Shown here: positions 48,012 to 56,694 of the stretch, in pieces
Layout of the letters: the number at the start of each line of letters is the position of its first letter
Numbering within the stretch: the first letter of the stretch is position 1
Source: a virus
Direction: 5' to 3' (one strand)
DNA length: 64,000 nt
Virus record (IMG/VR): IMGVR_UViG_3300006752_000025
Location: 4,955-68,954 of that record
Notes under the pieces: generated by a model
What the model was told of the DNA's origin: nothing
Databases searched by the model: none
Seen by the model: the letters and a program-made list of their open reading frames with translations, nothing else
Position numbers and translations under genes: made by a program

Positions 48012-48672
48012 TCAAATATCAGATGCGGCCCTTGCTAGAAAAAAAGCATTCTTACAAGCAAAAGAAGAAGCAGGTGGTGCTGAAAAATTAGCAAGCCAAG
48101 CAAAACAATATAAATTGTATTTTGACAAAGACGGTAATATTACTTGCTTCACAGCATCTGAGGTTGTTGTAAATCCAGATTGGGAAACATATGATTTCTC
48201 ACAGGATCAATTAAAAATACTTATTGGCAAGGAAAAGACTATTAATAAGTATCGTGTAAAGAAAGACCCTAACGTTGATAATTTATACAGTATTGAATTA
48301 CGCCCTATAGAAAATCATGTTATAGATGCTAATGCAGATTTCTTATTCAATGTAGAGCCTAGTGATTCTAAAATTTGGGATATCAAAGTTAAACTCACAG
48401 AAAAACATATTAGAGTATTTTTAAGTGACAGTGTTAAAGAAGAGTATGCTGATGTTTATCCTATAAGTGCTACACGTAACGGTGTAAGACTATGTAAGTT
48501 TTATATCACTGCAAAAGATGATCCGCATGTACTTTTCTATTACACAACAATAAGTCTTGCAGAACTTCTCACCGACGAGTATGCACAAAGGCAATTACCA
48601 AGCGATCTAAGATCGTGTAGTGTGTTCACAGTAAAATTATTTGATACCTATGTAAGAAATGATAAAGATTAA
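48001..48672 (+). CDS. Hypothetical protein (223 aa)
   Basis: ORF track; GGAG SD; overlaps both neighbours. Confidence 0.7.
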   Translation: MADNQISDAALARKKAFLQAKEEAGGAEKLASQAKQYKLYFDKDGNITCFTASEVVVNPDWETYDFSQDQLKILIGKEKTINKYRVKKDPNVDNLYSIELRPIENHVIDANADFLFNVEPSDSKIWDIKVKLTEKHIRVFLSDSVKEEYADVYPISATRNGVRLCKFYITAKDDPHVLFYYTTISLAELLTDEYAQRQLPSDLRSCSVFTVKLFDTYVRNDKD

Positions 48673-50038
48673 CTCTGTTCAAACTCACTATAAAGTCAAA
48701 ACTAATTCTAAACACAGGCTGAGATGGACATTAACAGATATAATGTTAGCAGATCCGGCAGAGCCTTATCACGATTCACGTGATCCTTTAGAGCGTGGTG
48801 TGACGCAGTACCCAAATCATTTGGTTCCCATAAACTTGCAGACCCATGCTCTAAGGAACACATTTTTAGAAATGTGTAAAGGAAAAATTGAATTCAAACG
48901 ACATGCTGACGTACATGACATCAATGATCCGGACGCCTACTATGAGTTTGATTTAACAACATTCTTTCATTACAACCCAATTGAACTAAAACGTATTTTA
49001 AGAGATCACAAAGTAATAATTTGTGACTTTGAAGATGGCTTAGGTGGCAGAGACATATCTGGAACCGGAACGTGGCTACAACATATTATATCGTTGAGAG
49101 TTGTACCCAGAGAAGTTATATGCCTTACAAGTAATATAACTAAATTTGAACACAAACAATTGAATGTAAAGTCTGTGCCTCTACCAATTTGGATGATCAT
49201 AACAATTGGTTGTACAGGATTTTTGACTCATGCATATTCTAACAACAATGCAAAACAAAAATATTTAGAGATGCTTGATCGAGATAAAAAGTTTGCGTTA
49301 TGTCCTAATTTCAAACCACGAGCACCACGTTTAGCATTTATTGCTGAGTTGCATAAAAGAAATTTATTAGACACAATGGACTGGAGTTTAATAGGGTACA
49401 ACCAAGCATTAATGAATCCGTTTACAGATGACAATGCAGACTACTGGAAGTTTTATGAAAAGAGGACATCAGTAGAGCAGTGGAAACATGATATGCAGAT
49501 AAATCGAATGCCTGGTAATAACAATGACAGTTTTAATCAAGTAGCAGATGAATACACTGATTACTACTACGAAACAGTAAATAAATTTTTGAGCAGTGTA
49601 GATCTGCCAAAGTTATTGCCAGACAATGATAAACACCCTTCCAACATTATAAGTATTTCTGAACATCTTGTAGGTAAATATTACTGGCATATAATTAATG
49701 AAACAATGCTAGATCATAAAGTTGCACTTATAAGATACGGTATAGTAACAGAAAAAACTTTTAAGGCAATGATTGCCGGGGCCATGCCATTAATATGCGG
49801 ACCTAACGGCACAGATGATTACTTAGAAGGATTAGGATTTAAGATACACAGAACTGATATAGACGAATACAAAAACATAGGAAAGTCTTTGAGATTGGCA
49901 GATTATTATCAAGACATCCAAGAACGTCAACAGTTACCTGATAAGAACGATGTTATGCATAATGCAGAATTACTACTTGACAAAAAATTTGTTTGTAGTA
50001 CAATAATAGAACCGTTAATGGAAAATTGTAATGGCTAA
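48659..50038 (+). CDS. Putative glycosyltransferase-like protein (GT10-like TEK motif)
   Basis: FALCPNFKPRAPRL...WHIINET...IVTEKTFKAMIAGAMPLICG..LEGLGFK resembles the GT10 fucosyltransferase C-terminal E...VTEK...P motif. Confidence 0.5.
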   Translation: MIKINSVQTHYKVKTNSKHRLRWTLTDIMLADPAEPYHDSRDPLERGVTQYPNHLVPINLQTHALRNTFLEMCKGKIEFKRHADVHDINDPDAYYEFDLTTFFHYNPIELKRILRDHKVIICDFEDGLGGRDISGTGTWLQHIISLRVVPREVICLTSNITKFEHKQLNVKSVPLPIWMIITIGCTGFLTHAYSNNNAKQKYLEMLDRDKKFALCPNFKPRAPRLAFIAELHKRNLLDTMDWSLIGYNQALMNPFTDDNADYWKFYEKRTSVEQWKHDMQINRMPGNNNDSFNQVADEYTDYYYETVNKFLSSVDLPKLLPDNDKHPSNIISISEHLVGKYYWHIINETMLDHKVALIRYGIVTEKTFKAMIAGAMPLICGPNGTDDYLEGLGFKIHRTDIDEYKNIGKSLRLADYYQDIQERQQLPDKNDVMHNAELLLDKKFVCSTIIEPLMENCNG

Positions 50039-51035
50039 GACAGACGTAACTGAACTAGATATATTTTATATAAGTTATGATGAACCCAACTGTGAAGAAC
50101 ATTGGGCAGACTTATTAAACAAAGTACCGTGGGCAAAACGTGTACATGGAGTTAAAGGTTTTGATGCGGCACACAAAGCATGTGCAGAGCAATCAGAAAC
50201 TGAACGTTTTATCACTGTAGATGGAGATAACATAGTCATGGACGACTTCTTCGAACAGGAGTTGGACTTCCCAGAAACAGATCATGACGGCAATGATATA
50301 TCAGAAAGTATATTCAGTTGGAACGGCAAAAACTTACTTAATGGATTAGTGTATGGTAATGGTGGACTAAAGTGTTGGCCTACCGAGTACACTAAAACAA
50401 TTAATACACATGAGTCTTCAGACGATGAGGAAGGCATGGAGTTTTGTTGGAAGTTAAACTACATTCAACTTAACGATACATTCTCAGAGGTACACCAAAC
50501 AGCATCACCATTCCAAGCATTTAGAGCAGGCTTCCGTGAAGGTGTTAAAATGAGTTTGGATCAAGGCACAAAGGTACCACGTGATCGTTTTATAGATCGT
50601 ATTTGGTATGGTAATTATAATAGATTACAGACATGGTGTAACATTGGCAGTGATGTAGAGAATGGCTTGTGGGCTATCTACGGAGCAAGACTTGGCTGTG
50701 AGATGACAGTGCTAGACGATTTTGATTGTAATAGTATTTCAGATTACGATTGGTTTAAGGCTTTCTTTTATCAAGACGTTGCACCACAGTTTGAAGGTTT
50801 ATCTGATCAAACATGCAGATACACAAAAATTGAATGGGATAGCAATATGCTACACAAAGAGATATGCAGTATAGGCCGTACATTGAATGACGAAATAAAT
50901 GAGATGATGTTGTTTGATCCGGACCCAAAAATGTGTAAATTCTTTAAGAAAACTTATGTCAATCCAAAACGTTGGGGTGTAATGATTAGAGAAAAACAAA
51001 TACAAGACTTGTTAGAAAAAGGACTGATTCAATGA
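50031..51035 (+). CDS. Putative GT-A (GT2-like) glycosyltransferase
   Basis: DIFYISYDEP, VHGVKGFDAAHKACA, FITVDGDN (DxD), AFRAGFREGVKM. Confidence 0.65.
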   Translation: MAKTDVTELDIFYISYDEPNCEEHWADLLNKVPWAKRVHGVKGFDAAHKACAEQSETERFITVDGDNIVMDDFFEQELDFPETDHDGNDISESIFSWNGKNLLNGLVYGNGGLKCWPTEYTKTINTHESSDDEEGMEFCWKLNYIQLNDTFSEVHQTASPFQAFRAGFREGVKMSLDQGTKVPRDRFIDRIWYGNYNRLQTWCNIGSDVENGLWAIYGARLGCEMTVLDDFDCNSISDYDWFKAFFYQDVAPQFEGLSDQTCRYTKIEWDSNMLHKEICSIGRTLNDEINEMMLFDPDPKMCKFFKKTYVNPKRWGVMIREKQIQDLLEKGLIQ

Positions 51036-51172
51036 AAAAACTAATTGCATGGCACAGAAATTTTTTATATGATGCAATGGTAAGATTTAATCTAGATGAA
51101 TATCATGTTGCATGGGCAGGATTTATTGAAGGTTTAGTAATAGGTTTTATACTAGGTGTTTGGTTGTTTTAA
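51032..51172 (+). CDS. Small membrane protein (46 aa; not in track)
   Basis: MKKLIAWHRNFLYDAMVRFNLDEYHVAWAGFIEGLVIGFILGVWLF*; ATGA and TAATG overlaps at the two ends; C-terminal hydrophobic helix. Confidence 0.65.
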   Translation: MKKLIAWHRNFLYDAMVRFNLDEYHVAWAGFIEGLVIGFILGVWLF

Positions 51173-51414
51173 TGGATAAGTTGGTTGCATCGCTAAAGAA
51201 GGGTGTAGTCACTGTGGTGTTTGAAAAAATAGACACAGGAGAAATCCGAACTATGCCTTGTACATTAAACAGTGAACTAATGGATAAACCGTTTGCTGTT
51301 AATAATTATGATGGCAAGAGTGATACAATTATCATGTGGGCTCTCGATAAAAAAGCATGGCGAGATGTCAGAGTCAACACAATTAAGGAATGGTACGAAG
51401 GCTATCCTAAATGA
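51172..51414 (+). CDS. SH3/Sm-like beta-barrel protein (WYL_2/DUF2693-like)
   Basis: LKKGVVTVVFEKIDTGEIRTMPCTL...WALDKKAWRDVR; start moved to ATG 51172 (TAATG). Confidence 0.72.
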   Translation: MDKLVASLKKGVVTVVFEKIDTGEIRTMPCTLNSELMDKPFAVNNYDGKSDTIIMWALDKKAWRDVRVNTIKEWYEGYPK

Positions 51415-52151
51415 AACTGTTTGCTAATATCAGTGTAGGACATGAGAACAGCAAGTCAGTATTAGATGCTAGGATTGTGGCCGCGGCTCAGTGCAATGCT
51501 GATGCAGTAGTTCTCACAAAGACAACACCACGTTTATTAATACCAGATGAAAAAAAGTATGTAGCAATACAAAGCAAATGGGGTACAAAACCTTATATAG
51601 AAGTTGCTAAACTAAGTGAACTTAGCCAAGAAACAACTGAACATGTAACTAATCTTTGCGAATCTATAGGCATACAATTAATTTGGAGTGTAACTGATCA
51701 AGAAGCATTACAATTTGTAAAAGATCACAGCAAACTAACAGACCTTAAAATACACAATGATGCTATAGACATAGAAGAATTATTACCTGTGTGTTACAGC
51801 ACAATCAACTACACATATTTTCCACACAAACATGTGGAATTAGTAAATCATTACTATCAACGCAAACGTAAAAAATTTGCACTTTATCACACCACTGAAG
51901 GCTTTGCACCTGAAATAGAAGAATTAAAATTATCTGTGTTGGATAAAATTAAACATCTAAACTACGATACAGGATATGAAAGCAAAGAAGCAGGTATCTT
52001 TCCTGCAATGGCAACTATGTATAAAGGCATAGATTATTTAGAAGCATACCTTGGAGAAGGCAGTGATAACATGCCTGGTGTGCTAACACCTCACCAATTG
52101 TTTGATTTGTGGAACAGTTGTAATATATTACTTACTGCGAATACGGAATAG
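51411..52151 (+). CDS. Degenerate N-acetylneuraminate synthase (NeuB/PseI/SpsE)-like protein
   Basis: Layout LFANISVGHE..LDARIVAAAQCNADAVV..ELSQE...LCESIGI.LIWSV.D..YHTTEGFAP..GYE..LEAY..LTP follows the NeuB TIM barrel, but key motifs are altered and there is no C-terminal SAF/AFP domain. Confidence 0.6.
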   Translation: MKLFANISVGHENSKSVLDARIVAAAQCNADAVVLTKTTPRLLIPDEKKYVAIQSKWGTKPYIEVAKLSELSQETTEHVTNLCESIGIQLIWSVTDQEALQFVKDHSKLTDLKIHNDAIDIEELLPVCYSTINYTYFPHKHVELVNHYYQRKRKKFALYHTTEGFAPEIEELKLSVLDKIKHLNYDTGYESKEAGIFPAMATMYKGIDYLEAYLGEGSDNMPGVLTPHQLFDLWNSCNILLTANTE

Positions 52152-52626
52152 CAGTACTGGTAAAACTTTTACCTAAGTAATAACTACCTTGTATTGTGAA
52201 TTCTTTGGACCCAACAATAGCATTAGCAGGCACACTGCCAGCATACATGTATGTAAACTTTGGATTAAGCCATTGAGGAGGCAGTGCAGGATCTTGTCTT
52301 AACTGTCTAGGATCAATTGCACGTGGATTGATCTCGTATAACACACCTCTACCTTCAGACTTATCCAGCATGTCATGATCAATACCAGGATTATCATCGC
52401 CTACCATCTCTACTGCTGTTCTTGGATTGTCTGCTAAAAATACTACACCTTCTGTGCAACCTTTGTATAATTTACACACACCGTTGTTTAATATGCCTTG
52501 TTGCATGATAGATTCATGATTCATAGCAGGACTTGCATGATATAACATGCTTCTTGGAGGAATAGGTAACTCAGTACGTTTGCTTTTCCAGTTCTGAAAT
52601 TTTCCAACTATATCTTCTATGAGCAT
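52132..52626 (-). CDS. Putative ADP-ribosyltransferase-fold protein (KptA/Tpt1-like)
   Basis: LYHAS....ESIMQQGI...VFLADNP..A...LYEIN...DP....YMYAGSVPANAI; own late promoter. Confidence 0.55.
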   Translation of the reverse strand: MLIEDIVGKFQNWKSKRTELPIPPRSMLYHASPAMNHESIMQQGILNNGVCKLYKGCTEGVVFLADNPRTAVEMVGDDNPGIDHDMLDKSEGRGVLYEINPRAIDPRQLRQDPALPPQWLNPKFTYMYAGSVPANAIVGSKEFTIQGSYYLGKSFTSTAIPYSQ

Positions 52627-52630
52627 ATAG

Positions 52631-52677
52631 ATATTTATCGTAAAATAGATTTAATGCCAAAATGTTACGATAAATAT
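52631..52677. promoter_or_regulatory. Divergent late promoters forming a 13-bp inverted repeat
   Basis: ATATTTATCGTAA (52631-52643) / TTACGATAAATAT (52665-52677); GATAAATA on minus (52632-52639) and plus (52669-52676). Confidence 0.8.
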
Positions 52678-52714
52678 ATGCGTACTTAAAAGTACATACA
52701 ACAAGGAGAAAGAA

Positions 52715-54037
52715 ATGGCCTCAATCGGATTCATCGGAGTTGGCAAGTTAGGGCAAGCCTGCGCCGAGATGGTAGCCGAGGTCCATGATGTTGTAGGTTA
52801 TGATGTAGAGCCAAGAGAACCAGAAAATTTTACAATGGTTCCCAATTTGGTTGATGCAGTAAAAGGACAAGATATTGTTTTTGTTGCTGTACAGACACCT
52901 CATGATCCACAATATGATGGCAAAGCACCTACCAGCCATTTGCCTAACAAAGACTTTGATTACACACTAGTAAAAAAAGTTCTGTCAGAGGTAAATGAAG
53001 TTGCAACCAAAGAGCAACTGGTGGTGCTAATATCTACGGTATTGCCCGGAACAGTAAGAAGAGAATTAGTGCCCCTTATTCCAAATGCACGTTTTGTGTA
53101 CAACCCATACTTAATTGCTATGGGCACTGTAAAGTGGGATATGGTAAATCCAGAAATGGTAATGATTGGTACTGATGATGGAAGTGAAACAGGTGACGCA
53201 AAAGAACTTGTGGACTTCTATAAAACAATAATGCAAAATGATCCACGTTACGTTATAGGCACGTGGGACGAATGTGAATGTATCAAAGTTTTCTACAATA
53301 CATTTATATCAGCAAAAGTAAGTCTAGTAAACATGATTCAAGACGTTGCAGAAAAGCAAGGTAACATCAACGCAGAAGTTGTATGTGATGCACTTGCTAC
53401 CAGTGACAGACGTATTATGGGACCAGGTTATATGAAACCAGGTATGGGAGACGGAGGTGCTTGTCACCCACGTGATAACATTGCCCTGCGTTGGATGGCA
53501 GATAACTTAGGACTAGGTTACGACTTGTTTGATGCTGTAATGCTATCAAGAGAAGTACAAGCAAAGAACATGGCTGATAGCATGATAGAAATAGCCACAG
53601 CAGGTGCAACTATTACACCACCAATGCCTGTGGTAATTGTAGGTAAAGCATACAAACCTCTTGTACCATATGAAGCAGGTTCTAGCAGTATGTTGGTTGG
53701 ACACTATGTAGAAGAAGCAGGTGTACAATTATATTACTATGACGAAGTTTGTGGCGAAGTACCACCACAGTCAGTGTTAGAAAAGCCAGCAGTATATCTA
53801 CTTGCACATAATCCTGGAGTCACTTATGGTGACCAATTAGATTTTGTAAAAGGTTGGTATAATGGAAAGCATCGTGTAACAGAAGCAGACGAAGCTCTAA
53901 CAGTTGCTACAGCAAATGGCACTGAGCTACAGTTTGCACCTGGAAGTACAGTTATCGACCCATGGAGGAAGATTCCTGCAATAGAAGGTGTACAAGTTGT
54001 TCATTATGGAAACACAAGAGCAGGCGCACTAAGATAA
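52715..54037 (+). CDS. ugd: UDP-glucose/GDP-mannose dehydrogenase family protein
   Basis: Rossmann IGFIGVGKLG, FVAVQTP, ISTVLPGT, YNPY, KVFYNTFISAKVSLVN, catalytic GDGGACHPRD; AAGGAGA SD. The exact substrate cannot be determined from sequence. Confidence 0.85.
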   Translation: MASIGFIGVGKLGQACAEMVAEVHDVVGYDVEPREPENFTMVPNLVDAVKGQDIVFVAVQTPHDPQYDGKAPTSHLPNKDFDYTLVKKVLSEVNEVATKEQLVVLISTVLPGTVRRELVPLIPNARFVYNPYLIAMGTVKWDMVNPEMVMIGTDDGSETGDAKELVDFYKTIMQNDPRYVIGTWDECECIKVFYNTFISAKVSLVNMIQDVAEKQGNINAEVVCDALATSDRRIMGPGYMKPGMGDGGACHPRDNIALRWMADNLGLGYDLFDAVMLSREVQAKNMADSMIEIATAGATITPPMPVVIVGKAYKPLVPYEAGSSSMLVGHYVEEAGVQLYYYDEVCGEVPPQSVLEKPAVYLLAHNPGVTYGDQLDFVKGWYNGKHRVTEADEALTVATANGTELQFAPGSTVIDPWRKIPAIEGVQVVHYGNTRAGALR

Positions 54038-54041
54038 ACAC

Positions 54042-54063
54042 ATGGGAGGGGCAACTCTCCCAT
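54042..54063 (+). other. Intergenic hairpin with GCAA (GNRA) tetraloop, no U-tract
   Basis: ATGGGAGGG-GCAA-CTCTCCCAT between ugd and the first radical SAM gene. Confidence 0.7.
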
Positions 54064-54079
54064 AACAGGACATATACAT

Positions 54080-55504
54080 ATGAGTGATCGAGTAGATCGA
54101 ATACGTGAAACAAATGAGATGATGACCCAAGAGGTCAGTGAAACATTTTGTTTAGCAAAATGGCATCACACAACAATATACATGCACAGAGGACAAACAC
54201 ACAGTTGTTATCATCCTAAGCCGCATGATATTCCTCTTAGTGAATTAAAATACGATCCTAGTGTATTACACAATACACCACAAAAGATTGAGGAACGTAT
54301 ACAGATGTTTAACGGCGAAAAGCCAAGTGGATGTCAGTATTGTTGGAACGTTGAAGAAATGGGCGGCGATCACGTTAGTGATAGGCACCAACGTAATAAC
54401 AGTATTTACACTGAAGAGAGACTGAACGAAATATTATATAATCCACCTGATTATAAAATTAATCCTGAGTACATTGAGATTGCATTCAGTTCAGAATGTA
54501 ACTTCAAATGTGGTTACTGTCACCCAATGCACAGTAGCAGTTACTATCAAGAAATTAAAAAGCATGGTCCTTACGACATGGTTAAGAACCATCGTAATGA
54601 CATTGATTGGTTTGAAATTTATGACGAGGATTCACCTTATGTAGAAGCATGGTGGAAGTGGTGGCCTGAAGTAAGTAAGACATTAAACATCTTGCGTATT
54701 ACAGGAGGCGAACCACTGCTACACAAAACTACATGGAGACTGTTTGAGGAACTACAACAAAATCCTAAGCCACAATTAGAAATCAATATCAATACAAACT
54801 TAGGATATACAAGTAGACATGTTGAAAGACTTGTTGAAGTTATGAATGATTTACTAGGTAATGGCAAAATCAAACAATTCAAGATGTTTACCAGTATGGA
54901 CACATGGGGAGATCGTGCAGAGTATTTACGTACAGGACTAAACATAAACTTGTGGGAAAAGAATCAAGATATATATGTTCGCGGTGTTAAAAGCCATATC
55001 ACACACATGGTTACATTTAATATTCTCAGTGTTACCAGTTTTGTTGACTACTTGAAAAAAGTATTAGAATGGAGAGAGCGTTACGAATATGTAATACCTA
55101 ACAACTTAGGTTCGGATGAGATGGTTCGTAAGATACGTTTTGATACACCTTACTTGAAAGAACCATTACAATATGATATGCACATATTACCCAAAGAACA
55201 GTTTACTCCATACTTTGATAAGATACTTGATTTTATCAGAGACAACGTAGACGAAGAAGATAGAACAAAGTTCTCAGAAATTGAATACGAAAGATTCCGA
55301 AGAGTACGTGATTACTTTGTTAACGAACAATATGATGAAGATAAAGTTATGCGTGGCAGAATTGATTTTTACAATTGGTTCAACGAATACGACAAACGTA
55401 GAGGCACAAACTTTTTAGAAACATTCCCAGAAATGGCAGACTTTTATCATATGTGTGGAGAGTTAGCAAGTGACGACGACTTAATAATGACTCGAAACAT
55501 ATGA
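54080..55504 (+). CDS. N-terminal twitch-domain radical SAM protein 1
   Basis: FCLAKW...SCYH...GCQYCW twitch-like cysteines; CNFKCGYC (CxxxCxxC); TGGEPLL; NTNL. Confidence 0.85.
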   Translation: MSDRVDRIRETNEMMTQEVSETFCLAKWHHTTIYMHRGQTHSCYHPKPHDIPLSELKYDPSVLHNTPQKIEERIQMFNGEKPSGCQYCWNVEEMGGDHVSDRHQRNNSIYTEERLNEILYNPPDYKINPEYIEIAFSSECNFKCGYCHPMHSSSYYQEIKKHGPYDMVKNHRNDIDWFEIYDEDSPYVEAWWKWWPEVSKTLNILRITGGEPLLHKTTWRLFEELQQNPKPQLEININTNLGYTSRHVERLVEVMNDLLGNGKIKQFKMFTSMDTWGDRAEYLRTGLNINLWEKNQDIYVRGVKSHITHMVTFNILSVTSFVDYLKKVLEWRERYEYVIPNNLGSDEMVRKIRFDTPYLKEPLQYDMHILPKEQFTPYFDKILDFIRDNVDEEDRTKFSEIEYERFRRVRDYFVNEQYDEDKVMRGRIDFYNWFNEYDKRRGTNFLETFPEMADFYHMCGELASDDDLIMTRNI

Positions 55505-56694
55505 TCGAAAACAATAACACATTCTGCATATTACCATGGATACATATTCATCACAGCCCTGAGGGCCATGTGTTACCATGTTGTATATCTGATATGTCCT
55601 ACAAACACAAGATAGAAAACGTAGGCACAATAGATGAGCAAATGAATTCAGAGTTTATGAAAGAGCTCCGACTCAATATGGTTGCTGGTATTAAAACAGA
55701 TGTGTGTAAGAATTGTTATAAAAGTGAAGAGTCAGGCTTCAAAAGTTTTAGACTAGAAGCAAACGATATGTACAAGAAGCATATGAAGTTAATAGAGGAC
55801 ACAGACATAGATGGCACTATCAAGCATTTCAAATTGAGATATTTTGATATACGTTTCAGTAATGTGTGTAACTTTAAGTGCAGAAGTTGCAATGCAGGCT
55901 ATTCTAGCCAGTGGGCATTAGAGGATAAACAGCAAGGTATACTTGGAGTCGAGGACAAAGAAAACAACGCACACAACGCATTACACAGCGTCTTAGAGCA
56001 TATTCCGCACATGGAAAAGGCCTATTTTGCTGGTGGTGAACCTCTGGTTACTAACGAGCATTATGAGATTATTAAGGCCATGATAGACAATGGTCGCACA
56101 GATATAGAATTAATATACAACACCAATATCAGCAAACTGAAATTCAAAAACAATGACATTGCAGAGCTATGGAGTAACTTTGAAAAGCCAATTGGTGTGT
56201 ATGCAAGTTTAGATCATTATGGTATGCGTGGAGAGTATATTAGAACTGGTACCATATGGAATCAAATTGAAACTAACTATAGAACATTATTAAACATGAG
56301 CAATGTACAATTAAATATCACAACCACTGTGAGTGCATTGAACTATGTTAGTTTACCTAATTTTATCATGCACATGTATAACAACGATATGTGGCCGCAA
56401 GGACATTGGCAACTTAATCCTGTGTTCCAGCCAACTTATCTCAGCATACACAGCATACCAGAATCATTAAAAGAACAAGGCAGAAGGAATTGGGAGAGCA
56501 TGTGTGAAATTCTTAAAGACGACATAGAGCCAGAAGTGTATACTGCTTTTAGAAACTTCCCAGACGTAGTTGAAAGTGAGCACACTTGGGAGTTGAATAA
56601 ATCAGCATTTATAGAAAATACAAATCGTTTAGATCAAATCAGAGGTGAAGACTTTGGTATGGTGTTCCCAGAACTAAAGGAGATGGTTGCATGA
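55501..56694 (+). CDS. N-terminal twitch-domain radical SAM protein 2
   Basis: FCILPW...PCC...CKNCY; CNFKCRSC; FAGGEPL; YNTN. Confidence 0.88.
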   Translation: MIENNNTFCILPWIHIHHSPEGHVLPCCISDMSYKHKIENVGTIDEQMNSEFMKELRLNMVAGIKTDVCKNCYKSEESGFKSFRLEANDMYKKHMKLIEDTDIDGTIKHFKLRYFDIRFSNVCNFKCRSCNAGYSSQWALEDKQQGILGVEDKENNAHNALHSVLEHIPHMEKAYFAGGEPLVTNEHYEIIKAMIDNGRTDIELIYNTNISKLKFKNNDIAELWSNFEKPIGVYASLDHYGMRGEYIRTGTIWNQIETNYRTLLNMSNVQLNITTTVSALNYVSLPNFIMHMYNNDMWPQGHWQLNPVFQPTYLSIHSIPESLKEQGRRNWESMCEILKDDIEPEVYTAFRNFPDVVESEHTWELNKSAFIENTNRLDQIRGEDFGMVFPELKEMVA

